Of a DNA stretch of 64,000 nucleotides, positions 40,559 to 51,556 are shown piece after piece. Every line of letters starts with the position of its first letter. The stretch's first letter is position 1. The notes under the pieces are model-generated. The model saw only the letters and a program-made list of their open reading frames with translations. It was not told where the DNA came from and did no database searches. This stretch comes from Shigella phage pSb-1. A program made the translations under genes and the position numbers. The DNA is taken from sequence record KF620435; one strand, written 5' to 3'.

Positions 40559-41089
40559 ATGCCTCAGATTGGTTCAGCGACTATTGGTCAGGTTGCCAAT
40601 AGCAGTGATATAGTCAAACACCTGTTCTTAGCAGAACTGGTTCGTCTTGATAGTGTGTTAAACGGTATCATTGATAAGAACGACCGTATCAATGGTATTG
40701 ATGTATCGGCTGGATTCCTTTATCAAGGGGAGTTCTATCAGCGTTCTAACGCTGCCAGACCTCCAACCTACGGTGAGAGATTAACACTTAACCCAGAACT
40801 ATGGCCTGCAATGGACAAGTATCTGAAAGCCTCCAGTCGTTTGATTATGGAAGTACACCTTGTGAACCAGACTGTATATCGCCTGGTTCGTGGTTGTATG
40901 TCCTATCAGGATGTACGTGATGCTTTACCTGAATGCCTGGTAGCGCAAGACCAGACCGGTAAGTACAAGGAACTGCCACGTACTCGTGAAGCAGCCTGGA
41001 CTCTTGCTGGGGATCCCATGGCAATAAAACAGTATGAGAAGATTCTTCCCTCTATTGAGTACTATGCAGCTTCTCATCTGATTTTCTAG
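40559..41089 (+). CDS. hypothetical protein
   Basis: 176-aa ORF between helicase and DNA polymerase. Confidence 0.4.
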   Translation: MPQIGSATIGQVANSSDIVKHLFLAELVRLDSVLNGIIDKNDRINGIDVSAGFLYQGEFYQRSNAARPPTYGERLTLNPELWPAMDKYLKASSRLIMEVHLVNQTVYRLVRGCMSYQDVRDALPECLVAQDQTGKYKELPRTREAAWTLAGDPMAIKQYEKILPSIEYYAASHLIF

Positions 41090-41098
41090 GGTAAAGCT

Positions 41099-43678
41099 AT
41101 GCGTTACATCACCTCTCAAGATACGGGTAAGTATCCTATTGCTATCCTCGGTCATCAAATCCGAAGGGAGGAGATGATTAAAACCTACCTGCTGCCTAAT
41201 GACCTAAGCATGGAAGATTTCATCTTCATTGAACTTCATTCTGCCCCTGGCAAGAAGAAGACTCCTGCAAGGGAGATTAAGGAGTTCATACAGCAGGAAC
41301 TGCAGCAAGTACTGGATGATGCAGAGACTCAGTACATTATCTGTACCGATTCTGATTACTTTAAAATACTGACTAAAGAAGCTAAAGCAGAGGCTAACCT
41401 CGGCTATGTTTGTGACTCAGTATGGGGTAAGCAGAAGGTTATCTATGCACCTAGCTACAGGCAGGTCTTTTATGACCCACCTGTAGTGAAAGCCAAGATT
41501 GCTCAGGGTATGGATGCATTACTTAACCACATTCGTGGGCAGTATGCTGAACCAGGTCAGGGAATCATTGAGTTTGAAGCCTACCCGGATACTCCAGAGA
41601 AGATTAAAGCTTGGCTAGACCAACTGCTTGAGATGAATAAGCCACTGGCTATAGACATTGAAGCATTCGGTTTAAAGCACTATAACGCTGGCATAGGAAC
41701 AATTACATTCTGTTGGAGTAAGACACAGGGCATAGCCTTTAATGTGGACTACGAGCCGATTCCTGGGGCTACTGAAGCACCATACGGGCGTATTAACAGA
41801 AATGATGTTGTTCGAAACCTTCTTCGTGAGTTCTTCATTAAGTACACCCAACGTCAGATGTATCACAACATTAGCTATGACGTGTATGTGCTTATCTATC
41901 AGTTATTCATGGATAACCTGATTGATACAGAAGGCTTACTGCATGGCATGGAAATCATGCTACGTAACTGGGATTGCACTAAGTTAATCACCTACCTGGC
42001 TACTAACAGTTGTGCTGGTAACCACCTTAGTCTGAAAGACCAGGCTCAGGAGTATGCTGGTAACTATGCTCAGGATGACATTAAAGACATTCGTCTTATT
42101 CCTAATGAGCAATTGTTACGTTACAACCTCATTGATGGTTTGTGTACGTGGTACACCTACGAGAAGCACTGGGATACTCTCATTGCTGATGACCAACTGG
42201 ATGTTTACAACAACATCTTTAAGCCAGCTTGTGAAGACATCATCCAGATGCAGTTAACCGGTATGCCCATGAATATGGAAACCGTTAACCAAGTAGCTAA
42301 GGAGATGGAAACTGACAGGAACCAGGCTTTGAAAACTATTCGTGAGTCTAAGCTCATGAAGAATTTCACACTGATGCTTCGTCAGGAATGGGTAGACGAT
42401 AAGAACGCCAAGCTCAAGAAAAAGCAAGTAACGCTTGCTGACTGTGACATCGAGTTTAATCCTAACTCCGGTCCACAATTACAGAAGCTATTATTTGATT
42501 ATATTGGCTTACCGGTTCTTGGTCTTACTAAGAGCAAGCAACCTGCTACTGACGGTGACACTATTAAAGCACTGCGTACGCATACGCAGAGTGAAGATGT
42601 TAAGGAACTGCTCAATGCACTTATCGACTATAAGCTCGTGGATAAGATTATCACTAGCTTTATACCAGCTTTCCGGAATGCCCAACCGGGACCGGATGGC
42701 TGGCACTACCTATTCGGTAACCTCAATCTGGGAGGCACAGTCTCCGGTAGGTTATCAGCTTCAGAACCAAATCTACAAACAATTCCATCCGGCTCTAAAT
42801 ATGCCAAGAAGATTAAGAAATGCTTCGAAGCTCCTCCAGGCTGGATATTTTGCGGCTTGGATTTCGCCTCGCTGGAAGACAGAATCTCTGCACTAACTAC
42901 TAAAGACCCCCAGAAGCTTAAGGTATATACCGATGGCTATGATGGTCACAGTCTTCGTGCGTATGCTTACTTTGGTGAGCAGATGCCAGACATAGTAGAT
43001 ACTGTAGAATCCATTAACTCCATTCAGCATAAGTACAAATCATTACGTAGTGACTCGAAGGCTCCAACCTTCCTGCTTACCTATGGTGGTACTTATATGG
43101 GCTTAATGAAAAACTGTGGCTTCTCAGAGGAGAAGGCTAAGACTACAGAGAAACGTTATCACGATCTCTATGTAGTTAGTGACAGGTGGGTTCAGGCTAA
43201 GCTAGACGAAGCTGCCAAAACTGGTTATGTTACTGCCGCATTCGGTTTGAGAGTGCGTACTCCTTTACTGGCTCAGGTATTACGTGGGACATGTAAGACT
43301 CCGTATGAAGCAGAAGCAGAAGGCAGAACTGCTGGTAATGCCTTAGGGCAAAGCTGGTGTCTACTGAATAACCGTGCTGGCTCAGAATTTATGCGTAAAG
43401 TTAGAGCCAGTGAGTTCAGATTAGATATACGTCCTAGTATTCATATTCATGATGCCCAGTACTTCATGATTCGTGACAACATGGATACCCTGCAGTTCAC
43501 GAACAAGCATTTGGTTGAAGCCGTTAACTGGCAAGACCATCCTGATATTGCTCATCCAGAAGTTGGTTTGGGTGGGGAACTATCCTTGTTTTACCCAACG
43601 TGGGCTAACGAGATTGAAATTCCAAATCACGCTACCCCAGAAGAAGTTCATCAAATAATTCAAAAGGCATTCACATGA
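41099..43678 (+). CDS. DNA polymerase, family A, with 3'-5' exonuclease domain
   Basis: exo I LAIDIEAFGL; motif A LDFASLEDRI; motif B RSDSKAPTFLLTYGG; motif C IHIHDAQYF. Confidence 0.9.
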   Translation: MRYITSQDTGKYPIAILGHQIRREEMIKTYLLPNDLSMEDFIFIELHSAPGKKKTPAREIKEFIQQELQQVLDDAETQYIICTDSDYFKILTKEAKAEANLGYVCDSVWGKQKVIYAPSYRQVFYDPPVVKAKIAQGMDALLNHIRGQYAEPGQGIIEFEAYPDTPEKIKAWLDQLLEMNKPLAIDIEAFGLKHYNAGIGTITFCWSKTQGIAFNVDYEPIPGATEAPYGRINRNDVVRNLLREFFIKYTQRQMYHNISYDVYVLIYQLFMDNLIDTEGLLHGMEIMLRNWDCTKLITYLATNSCAGNHLSLKDQAQEYAGNYAQDDIKDIRLIPNEQLLRYNLIDGLCTWYTYEKHWDTLIADDQLDVYNNIFKPACEDIIQMQLTGMPMNMETVNQVAKEMETDRNQALKTIRESKLMKNFTLMLRQEWVDDKNAKLKKKQVTLADCDIEFNPNSGPQLQKLLFDYIGLPVLGLTKSKQPATDGDTIKALRTHTQSEDVKELLNALIDYKLVDKIITSFIPAFRNAQPGPDGWHYLFGNLNLGGTVSGRLSASEPNLQTIPSGSKYAKKIKKCFEAPPGWIFCGLDFASLEDRISALTTKDPQKLKVYTDGYDGHSLRAYAYFGEQMPDIVDTVESINSIQHKYKSLRSDSKAPTFLLTYGGTYMGLMKNCGFSEEKAKTTEKRYHDLYVVSDRWVQAKLDEAAKTGYVTAAFGLRVRTPLLAQVLRGTCKTPYEAEAEGRTAGNALGQSWCLLNNRAGSEFMRKVRASEFRLDIRPSIHIHDAQYFMIRDNMDTLQFTNKHLVEAVNWQDHPDIAHPEVGLGGELSLFYPTWANEIEIPNHATPEEVHQIIQKAFT

Positions 43679-43980
43679 CCAAAAGTACTAAAGAAACTGT
43701 AGTCAAAAAATATCATTGGATGGTAGCAGCACAAGTAGTATTCCAGCTTCCTAAAGTGGATGATGGTTCCCTGCTTACCATGAACACGATGTTGCTCACT
43801 GATGAACCTTATGTGACCTATAAAGATTTGGCCCGTGCCAATCATTCCTTGAAGATTAGTCTGGACCAGCGTTTCGATACCTCAGTTGACTTGAAAGACA
43901 TTGTTTACCTGTCCCTCAGCAACCTGGGTCTGATGTCTGAACCAGAGTTCCAGGCAAACATGATTCCTAAGGATAAATAA
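43675..43980 (+). CDS. hypothetical protein
   Basis: 101-aa ORF overlapping polymerase stop. Confidence 0.4.
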   Translation: MTKSTKETVVKKYHWMVAAQVVFQLPKVDDGSLLTMNTMLLTDEPYVTYKDLARANHSLKISLDQRFDTSVDLKDIVYLSLSNLGLMSEPEFQANMIPKDK

Positions 43981-43999
43981 TGCTAAGCTCTCCGGTGGA

Positions 44000-44263
44000 T
44001 TGAATAACTGGTATGTAGTACCAGTTAAGCACCCTCAACGGAAAGAGCAAGAGCCATATCAAGCAGAGTGTGAAGATATTATACAAGCACTAGGCATGAC
44101 CTTCGATGAAGGTTGTGCCTTTAAAGCTCTGTGGCGAAATGCTGCTGCCCGTATGGGTAATGGTAAACCTGGAAACTCTTCGGTGTACGACTCAGAGAAG
44201 ATTGTGCACTATGCCAATCGCATATTGAAAAAGGCTTATAATGAAGATAACCAACAATCATGA
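44000..44263 (+). CDS. hypothetical protein
   Basis: 87-aa ORF. Confidence 0.4.
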   Translation: MNNWYVVPVKHPQRKEQEPYQAECEDIIQALGMTFDEGCAFKALWRNAAARMGNGKPGNSSVYDSEKIVHYANRILKKAYNEDNQQS

Positions 44264-45113
44264 TGTCTCACTGGCTCTGGCTGTATGGCTATTGCATGAC
44301 GAATATGACTATGTAGATAACCCTAAGTACCTGTCTGTTACTACATTGCTTAAGCCCATTAAGCAAATCGTCATGAAGCATCGTGTAGATTTAAGTGACC
44401 AGTCAATTGATGTTATGGATTTCGTCTCCACATCAATGGGTACTGGTTTACATGATTCTATCGAGAAAGCCTGGAAGCTAGGTCATAAGACTGCATTGAA
44501 GAAGTTGGGGTATCCTCAACGAGTAATTGATGCAGTAGTCATTAACCCAACCGAAGCAGACTTTGATACTAACCCTGACCTTATCCCAATCTACATTGAA
44601 CAGCGTGGAACCAGGATAGTTAAGGGTTGGACTATCGGTGGTAAGTTCGACATCGTAACAGAAGGTCTGCTGCAGGACTTTAAGTCTACCTCCACCTATT
44701 CCTGGGTTGCTGGTTCCCGTGATGATGAACACAAGATGCAAGGTAGCTTGTACCGTTGGATTCACAACGACATCATTACTGAGGATGTAATTCGTATTAA
44801 CTACATCTTCACTGACTTCATGAAGCATATGGCTAATAGCAATCCGAACTATCCTGCTAATCGTATTATGCATAAGGATATTCCGTTGCTATCTATCGAG
44901 AAGACTGAACGTTGGGTAGAAGAGAAGATTCACCTCATTGAGAAGTACTGGAATGCACCTGAAGAGAAAATTCCTGAATGTACTGACGAGGAGTTGTGGC
45001 GAACAGAGCCACAGTTCAAGTACTTCTCTGATGCTTCTAAGGTAGATGTACCTGGAGCCAGAAGTACCAAAAACTTTGATGATATGGCATCTGCTCGTAT
45101 CTTCATGGACTGA
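44241..45113 (+). CDS. PD-(D/E)xK family nuclease (putative exonuclease)
   Basis: GKFDIVTEGLLQDFKST resembles D...(D/E)xK core. Confidence 0.4.
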   Translation: MKITNNHDVSLALAVWLLHDEYDYVDNPKYLSVTTLLKPIKQIVMKHRVDLSDQSIDVMDFVSTSMGTGLHDSIEKAWKLGHKTALKKLGYPQRVIDAVVINPTEADFDTNPDLIPIYIEQRGTRIVKGWTIGGKFDIVTEGLLQDFKSTSTYSWVAGSRDDEHKMQGSLYRWIHNDIITEDVIRINYIFTDFMKHMANSNPNYPANRIMHKDIPLLSIEKTERWVEEKIHLIEKYWNAPEEKIPECTDEELWRTEPQFKYFSDASKVDVPGARSTKNFDDMASARIFMD

Positions 45114-45161
45114 AAAAGGTGGCAAGGGTGCTATCAAGGTCGTGGAGGGGCAGGTTAAGCG

Positions 45162-47372
45162 TTGTCTATACTGCCCTGTCGCATCCATTTGCAAACAAAG
45201 AGAGAGATATTTTCCATCATGAGTATTGACCTGACCGGAGTCACTCACCACCCTGCAATCGAAGAAATTGTAGACGTGCTGTGTAACAAGACACAAAACA
45301 ACGACAGAGGATTCTTCCGTGTCGAAGTAGCCTACTTCCTGGCTAAAATGGCATCCTGCATGGGTGCAACCATTGTCACTAAAGACCGTGGTGACTTACC
45401 AGTCAACATTTACGCTATGGCATTAGCAACGTCTGGCTTCGGTAAAGGTCACTCGGTAAATATTATTGAAGATGGGTTCATGACTGGCTTCCGTAAACGT
45501 TTTATGGAAGACACCATGCCCGTCATTGCAAATGACCGTCTATGGAAAATTGCTAACGAACGTGCTGCTCGACAAGGTACAGACCAGAATGATGAATTTG
45601 ATAAAGTTGAAGCAGAGTATAAGCGTGCCGGGGCATATCCGTTTACGTTTGACTCTGGTACTCCACCAGCAGTTAAACAACTACGGCATAAGCTGTTAAT
45701 GGCTGGGTGTGGTTCAATCAACCTACAGATTGATGAAATTGGTTCGAACCTGTTGGCTAACACAGATGTATTAACCCTGTTCCTGGAGCTATATGACCAG
45801 GGTAAGGTTAAGCAGAAGTTAACCAAGAACACTGCTGAAAGCGTTCGTGGTGAAGAACTGGATGGTAAGACCCCAGCTAACCTGTTGCTGTTTGGTACAC
45901 CAAGTAAGTTGTTAGATGGTGGTCAGACTGAAGACCAGTTCTATGACTTTCTGGATACAGGGTATGCACGTCGCTGTCTGTTTGCCATTGGGCATTTAGA
46001 CAAACGAGCACATGCAACAATGTCTCCAGAAGAAATCTACCGTAACCTGATTAAGCAGGATAACGTACAGTCTCTTGGCAAGTGGGCTAATCACTTCCAT
46101 AGCCTGGCTGACCCAAACCTGTTTGGCTTTAAGATGGTTGTAGAAGATGCTGTGGGTATTGCTCTGATTACTTACAAAATTGATTGTGAGAAACAAGCAG
46201 AAGCTATGGCTGACCACGAAGAAATTCGTAAGGCTGAAATCTCCCACCGTTACTTCAAAGCTCTTAAGCTGGCAGGTGCATTAGCGTTTGTTGACCAGAG
46301 TTCATTCATTGAGATGTCCCATCTTAAACAAGCAATCCTGCTTGTAGAGGAATCCGGGGCAGCATTCCAGGGTATTCTCAATCGTGAGAAAGCCTATGTG
46401 AAGCTGGCTAAGTACATTGCCTCTGTAGGTAAAGAAGTAACTCATGCTGACTTACTGGAGTCATTGCCGTTCTATAAGAGTGGCAATGCAGCTCGTAATG
46501 AGATGATGACTCTTGCTACAGCATGGGGATATAAACAGCACATCATCATTAAGAAAACCTTCAATGAAGGTATTGAGTTCTTCCGTGGTGAAACTCTGAA
46601 AGAAACTGACATCAATGAGATGATAGTGGCATATAGTGATAGCTTTGCTTATGACTACATTGGTGAACGTGTACCGTTCGACCAGTTGCATGTATTAACC
46701 CAAGCTCCCGGTATGCACTGGGTGAACCATCACATGAAGAATGGGCATCGTTCTGAAGAGAACGTTATTCCAGGATTTAACATGATTGTTATTGACTGTG
46801 ATGGTGGAGTACCACTGCATACGTGCCATGAACTAATGAAGGAATATAAGTTCATGACCTATACCACTAAACGTCATTCTGATGAAGAGAACCGATTCCG
46901 ACTGATTATTCCAATGAACTATGAGTTACACCTCGATACTGAGGAATACAAAGAGTTCATGAATAACGTCATGTCCTGGCTACCGTTCGAAACGGATGAA
47001 TCTGCTAACCAGCGAGCCAAGAAATGGATGTCCTGCGAGACTGGTTCTTATCATTACAATCTTGAAGCAAATCTGTTGGACGTGCGTGACTTTATTCCTC
47101 GTACTAGTAAGAACGAGCAGTTCCAGAACCAGATGAAGGAAGTACAGTCGTTGGATAATCTGGAGCGTTGGTTCGCTAGTCGTATTGCTACCGGTAATCG
47201 TAATAATCAAATGATTAAGTACGCACTGGCATTGGTTGACAGTGGTTGGGATTTTGCCCAAGTACAGCAAGCCGTCCACTCATTCAATAAGAAACTGGCT
47301 AATCCATTACCAGATGATGAATTGAATGCAACCGTAATGGTCACCGTGGCTAAACGCTTCGCTGGCAAGTAA
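45162..47372 (+). CDS. putative DNA primase (N4 gp43-like) with P-loop-like N-terminal region
   Basis: 736-aa ORF between nuclease and RecA-like ATPase; call largely by synteny. Confidence 0.45.
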   Translation: MSILPCRIHLQTKREIFSIMSIDLTGVTHHPAIEEIVDVLCNKTQNNDRGFFRVEVAYFLAKMASCMGATIVTKDRGDLPVNIYAMALATSGFGKGHSVNIIEDGFMTGFRKRFMEDTMPVIANDRLWKIANERAARQGTDQNDEFDKVEAEYKRAGAYPFTFDSGTPPAVKQLRHKLLMAGCGSINLQIDEIGSNLLANTDVLTLFLELYDQGKVKQKLTKNTAESVRGEELDGKTPANLLLFGTPSKLLDGGQTEDQFYDFLDTGYARRCLFAIGHLDKRAHATMSPEEIYRNLIKQDNVQSLGKWANHFHSLADPNLFGFKMVVEDAVGIALITYKIDCEKQAEAMADHEEIRKAEISHRYFKALKLAGALAFVDQSSFIEMSHLKQAILLVEESGAAFQGILNREKAYVKLAKYIASVGKEVTHADLLESLPFYKSGNAARNEMMTLATAWGYKQHIIIKKTFNEGIEFFRGETLKETDINEMIVAYSDSFAYDYIGERVPFDQLHVLTQAPGMHWVNHHMKNGHRSEENVIPGFNMIVIDCDGGVPLHTCHELMKEYKFMTYTTKRHSDEENRFRLIIPMNYELHLDTEEYKEFMNNVMSWLPFETDESANQRAKKWMSCETGSYHYNLEANLLDVRDFIPRTSKNEQFQNQMKEVQSLDNLERWFASRIATGNRNNQMIKYALALVDSGWDFAQVQQAVHSFNKKLANPLPDDELNATVMVTVAKRFAGK

Positions 47373-47428
47373 GCAAACAGGAGTCTTTCTTTGGTTTGAA
47401 GGACTCCTAAATTAAATGAGGAAAAATA

Positions 47429-48181
47429 ATGTCCGAAGTAATTCCCAATGATATGAACACTCAGCTAATCCTGATTGCAGGATTCTCAGCGAGTGGTAAA
47501 TCAGCATCACTGCGTAATATCAGGAACCAGGAACGCTGGCTCTATCTGAATACTGAAGCAGGTAAACGTCTGCCTTTCCGTAATAAATTCAATACCTACA
47601 ACATTGAAGACCCATACCAAATCTGGGAAGCATTTGATGTTGCATCTCCTGGTGGAGAAATGGCAGACGATGTTGATGGTATCATCATTGACTCAGCAAC
47701 CTTCATGATGGACATGCTGGAATCCCAGTACGTATTGCCATCTGCAAACACGCAAAAGGCGTGGGGTGATTTTGCACAGTTCTTTAAGATACTGCTGCAA
47801 CAAAAAGTAGTTAAGTTTGGTAAGCCAGTAATTATTACTGCTCATGCTAAAGACGAACTGGATGAAGCTGCTGGTGTAATGAAAACATTCATCCCAGTGA
47901 AAGGTTCTCTGAAGAATAACGGGCTTGAAGCCTACTTCTCTACCGTGGTTTACGCAGAGCGTGTAGACATTAAAGAACTGGAGAAGTATGGGAACAAGAT
48001 GTTAGAAATTACGGAAGAAGAACGTGACTTAGGGTATAAGCACGTATTCCAGACCCGTCCTACCAAGAAGTCGGTTGGTAAACGACTTCGTTCCCCAATG
48101 GGTATGTTTGATAAGTCCGAGACTTACATTGATAACGATGCCCAGAAACTCTTAGACCATCTGGCTGAATACTACGCTTAA
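47429..48181 (+). CDS. RecA-like P-loop ATPase (AAA_24/Sak4-like recombination protein)
   Basis: Walker A AGFSASGKSAS, Walker B GIIIDSATF. Confidence 0.5.
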   Translation: MSEVIPNDMNTQLILIAGFSASGKSASLRNIRNQERWLYLNTEAGKRLPFRNKFNTYNIEDPYQIWEAFDVASPGGEMADDVDGIIIDSATFMMDMLESQYVLPSANTQKAWGDFAQFFKILLQQKVVKFGKPVIITAHAKDELDEAAGVMKTFIPVKGSLKNNGLEAYFSTVVYAERVDIKELEKYGNKMLEITEEERDLGYKHVFQTRPTKKSVGKRLRSPMGMFDKSETYIDNDAQKLLDHLAEYYA

Positions 48182-48220
48182 GCGTTTGCCTGGTTGTTAA
48201 TCACTTATTAGGAAAATCAT

Positions 48221-48541
48221 ATGTCATTGTTCAGTAATCTGAAAGAAAAAACCAAAAACGTTGAAGCTGTTAAAGACTCCCTGGGTGGTGGTGGCTTCGG
48301 TGCAAAAGAATCCGATATCTACACCGGTACTGTAAAAGTAGCTTACGTAGGTAAAGCTGACTCTGGTGCAGACTGGATGCAGTTAATCATTGAAGACCTG
48401 AAAAACTCAGATGGCGTACCTGCCGGTGAGTTCCGTGCTCAGGTGTACTTCACTTCTGGTAATGCTAAAGGCAATAAGCGACTTACGAGAAGAACGGTAA
48501 AGAGTACTTCCTGCCTGGCTACACTGTCATTAATGACATGA
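48221..48541 (+). CDS. single-stranded DNA-binding protein, N-terminal fragment (tentative)
   Basis: position after recombination ATPase; joins next ORF with 1-nt offset. Confidence 0.35.
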   Translation: MSLFSNLKEKTKNVEAVKDSLGGGGFGAKESDIYTGTVKVAYVGKADSGADWMQLIIEDLKNSDGVPAGEFRAQVYFTSGNAKGNKRLTRRTVKSTSCLATLSLMT

Positions 48542-49017
48542 TGCTGATGGCTACTGGTTGTGAACTGCCAGATGCAGACTTCGAAGAGAAGATCGTTAAA
48601 GTCTACGACTTCGATGCTAAAGCAGAAGTTAATAAATCCGTCATGGTTCCAGTTGATCTGGTTGGTCAGACTGTTACCTTCGCTCTGGAAAAAGTTCTGG
48701 AATCCAAGCAGGTTAAGGGTGACAACGGCTACGTTGACTCTGGTGAAACTCGTGAAGTAAACGAGATTCAGAAAGTGTTTCACCCGGAACTGCTGGTCAC
48801 AGTCGTCGAGGCTCAGGAAGCAGAGAAGGCTGAGAAAGAACTGACCCCAGAACTGGCTGTATTCTACGCAGCATGGCTGGAAAAGAACAAAGGTAAAACC
48901 CGTGATAAGACCAAGGGTTCTGCTGGTGGTAATGGTAAAGGTGGCTTGCCTCCTAAACCAGGTGCTGGCACGAGTACTACTCCTGCTGGTGGTAAATCAC
49001 TGTTCGGTAAACGTTAA
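48538..49017 (+). CDS. single-stranded DNA-binding protein, C-terminal part (tentative)
   Basis: Gly-rich flexible tail; combined length about 265 aa as recalled for N4 SSB. Confidence 0.35.
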   Translation: MMLMATGCELPDADFEEKIVKVYDFDAKAEVNKSVMVPVDLVGQTVTFALEKVLESKQVKGDNGYVDSGETREVNEIQKVFHPELLVTVVEAQEAEKAEKELTPELAVFYAAWLEKNKGKTRDKTKGSAGGNGKGGLPPKPGAGTSTTPAGGKSLFGKR

Positions 49018-49571
49018 TGAAAATCCCAATTGTTGGTGCAGACATTAGTCTCCGCAATTGGGGTTTAGCTCGTGGGATGCTGGACATTGAGTCCGGCGTC
49101 TTCGAGCAGGTCGAACTTAAACTGGTTCAAACTGAAGTTGACCACAACAAACAAGTTCGAACCAACTCCAAAGATATACAAGCCGCTCACGATTTGTTTC
49201 TTGGTTGTGAGGAATGGTTACGATCTGCTAAAGCAGTATTCGTAGAAGTACCAGTAGGCTCTCAGTCTGCTAATGGTATGAAATCCTATGGAGTATGCGT
49301 AGGATTAATTGGTGCATTTCGTGCATTGGGTTGTCCAATCTTTGAAGTATCCCCAATTGAAAACAAACTTGCACTGGTCGGTGATAAAACTGCATCCAAA
49401 GACACGATGATTCGTGCTGCTCATGCCATCTATCCCGAAGCCAACTGGCTCACAGATAAGAAAGGTAAACTTCTGAATAAGAATGAGCACTTAGCTGATG
49501 CAATCGGTGCAATCCATGCTGGTGTAAATCTCCCAGCTTTCCAGAACCTTATTAAGTTATTAAAGGCGTAA
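49017..49571 (+). CDS. RuvC-like Holliday junction resolvase
   Basis: N-terminal IVGADIS and C-terminal EHLADAIGAIHAG motifs. Confidence 0.55.
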   Translation: MKIPIVGADISLRNWGLARGMLDIESGVFEQVELKLVQTEVDHNKQVRTNSKDIQAAHDLFLGCEEWLRSAKAVFVEVPVGSQSANGMKSYGVCVGLIGAFRALGCPIFEVSPIENKLALVGDKTASKDTMIRAAHAIYPEANWLTDKKGKLLNKNEHLADAIGAIHAGVNLPAFQNLIKLLKA

Positions 49572-49572
49572 T

Positions 49573-50016
49573 ATGCAAATCATTTTGAACCAGTCCGAAG
49601 TAGAAGCTGCTGTACAGGCTTATGTCGATGATCAAATCAATCTTGCTGGTGACATTAATATTGTCATCAATGCAGACGGTACAGCCTCCGTTGGTATCAA
49701 CGAAGATGTAAGTCATAACGATGATACTCCACCCTTGGTAGAGAAGAAAACTCGCCGTTCTCGTAAGAACCCTCAAGAAGCTAAACACCGTCCGGTAGAA
49801 CCAGAGCCGGAAGAAGTAGTTGAAGAGATAAAGGAAGAAGAAACCCAGACCTCTACTGGTGGTCCGAACGGGAGTTCTACGCCGGAACCTGAAGAAGAAG
49901 CAGTAGCTGAACCAGAAGCACAAGAAGAAGTTGTGCAGGAAGAAGTTAAGGCTGAAGAACCAGCAGAGAAACCTGCTACTAAGCCTTCACTGTTCGCTGG
50001 CCTTAAACGTAGTTAA
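49573..50016 (+). CDS. charged low-complexity protein
   Basis: Glu/Lys/Pro-rich 147-aa ORF. Confidence 0.4.
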   Translation: MQIILNQSEVEAAVQAYVDDQINLAGDINIVINADGTASVGINEDVSHNDDTPPLVEKKTRRSRKNPQEAKHRPVEPEPEEVVEEIKEEETQTSTGGPNGSSTPEPEEEAVAEPEAQEEVVQEEVKAEEPAEKPATKPSLFAGLKRS

Positions 50017-50151
50017 TCTGGTAGGTGGCTCAGAAGCTGCTGCTATTTGTGGTAGTGTTCGTAATTCTGATGCTATTGCTTATCAGGATTCTGGACGTGT
50101 CGGCTCCATACATAGCATTTATCATCACTGTGCTTATACTTTGGAAACTCA

Positions 50152-50421
50152 GTGATAAAAACGGTGGTGACAAGCCGCCAGAGTAACAACAACAACCGAA
50201 CCAGTGTGCAGGAATACTCTCCCCTGTGCATTGGTTCAACTGAGGCTAATATGAACAAATTTACTATTCACTGGCTCAATGGGAAGGTTAGTTCTTTCAT
50301 GGGTGGAGAACCCGTTGAAGGAAAGAAAGCATTTCACATTGAATCAGAAGGCTGCAAAATCTTAGTACCATATGTTTGGTATAAAGATGGTGAAGTAGAA
50401 GCATTAAAAAAGAGTAGTTAA
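50152..50421 (+). CDS. hypothetical protein
   Basis: 89-aa ORF, last gene of plus block. Confidence 0.35.
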   Translation: MIKTVVTSRQSNNNNRTSVQEYSPLCIGSTEANMNKFTIHWLNGKVSSFMGGEPVEGKKAFHIESEGCKILVPYVWYKDGEVEALKKSS

Positions 50422-50821
50422 TATCGTGAAGGGTTCTGTTAGAATCCTTTGAGATAGGAACTCCTATCATAACCTTTCTTAACTTAATCTTTGCCGTATG
50501 GCACTGACGCTAGGGGTGGCCCCCCATCCGTCAGTCAGACTATTTTAAGAATGGGTTATCACAGAAAATGTAAAGCAACATTCGGGTTAATCAATGGCCT
50601 CTCCCTATAGAGGCCATTTCTGAATCTTAGGCTATATCCCAAAGGTTAGTATCTTTGGGATAAGGCTTCAGATCCCTTATCAACTAACGCTCATGTTGAG
50701 CACAACATTAACTAATAATGTCGGATAGTTCATTACGCTATTCATTCAGCATCGAGATGTTAGGTCTTACATGTAATATAGGGTATAAAGGGAGGATTCG
50801 TCCCCTCCTCCTATTATAATG

Positions 50822-50891
50822 GTCGGGGTAGCACGTAGGCATGTGCAGCTGGTCGCTACTTCTCTCGCTGGTTCGAATCCAGCCCCTGACC
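50822..50891 (+). tRNA. tRNA-like gene (anticodon arm not canonically foldable as given)
   Basis: acceptor GTCGGGG/CCCTGAC, D arm GCAC/GTGC, T arm GCTGG-TTCGAAT-CCAGC; anticodon region 2-3 nt too short. Confidence 0.55.
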
Positions 50892-51182
50892 TACTGACAT
50901 CCTATCAATGAGTACATTAGGCTAACGTGCGGAGGTTTACACTGTAGCCGGTGTAGGTAGAGAAGACGGCAGGGTAGCTACCTGTGCTTAGTGTACTCTT
51001 TGATAGGTTGTACTATCAAAGTCCAGACGATATCTGAGTGACTATAAAAACAGATGGAGCCAGGTGGAATCCCTGGCAATTAATTCAAAGTAGCATTGCA
51101 CTAATCCATCTCGGAATTCAAAGGCCAACCATGGAGCAGTGCTACTTTGAATTAGAAGAATTATGACGGGTCTGGTGAAGTA

Positions 51183-51276
51183 GATGGGGTTCGATTCCCT
51201 CCGGTGGATAAAACCACTAGCGTGCTTGGTGCACGAATAAGACTTAATACTGGTGGTTCGATTCCATCCCCCGTTA
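51183..51276 (+). tRNA. tRNA-like element(s) with two TTCGATT T-loop motifs
   Basis: GGGG-TTCGATT-CCCT and GGTGG-TTCGATT-CCATC motifs; no complete cloverleaf could be drawn. Confidence 0.3.
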
Positions 51277-51471
51277 TCCGAAGTCGCCAGGTACTTATGG
51301 CAAACGGGTAGTAACGAACTAGTCATTCGTCAAACGCCCACCCAATTATGAGTCAGCAAGAACGCCTTCACTTAAACTTAAACAAAAAAGCTTAACGCAA
51401 TAATTATGTAGGGGTATGTAAGGATTGCGAAGAAGGAGCCAGTTAAAGCCTGGCATGACTCACCTATTTAT

Positions 51472-51556
51472 GCCCACTTAGCTCAATGGTAGAGCGCAGG
51501 AAAGCTTCGAGAGAACAAGGTGTCTGTGGTCACTGGTTCGAATCCAGTAGTGGGTA
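51472..51556 (+). tRNA. tRNA-like gene, 85 nt (long-variable-arm type or disrupted)
   Basis: acceptor GCCCACT/AGTGGGT, D arm GCTC-AATGGTA-GAGC, T arm ACTGG-TTCGAAT-CCAGT; anticodon stem not resolved. Confidence 0.55.
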
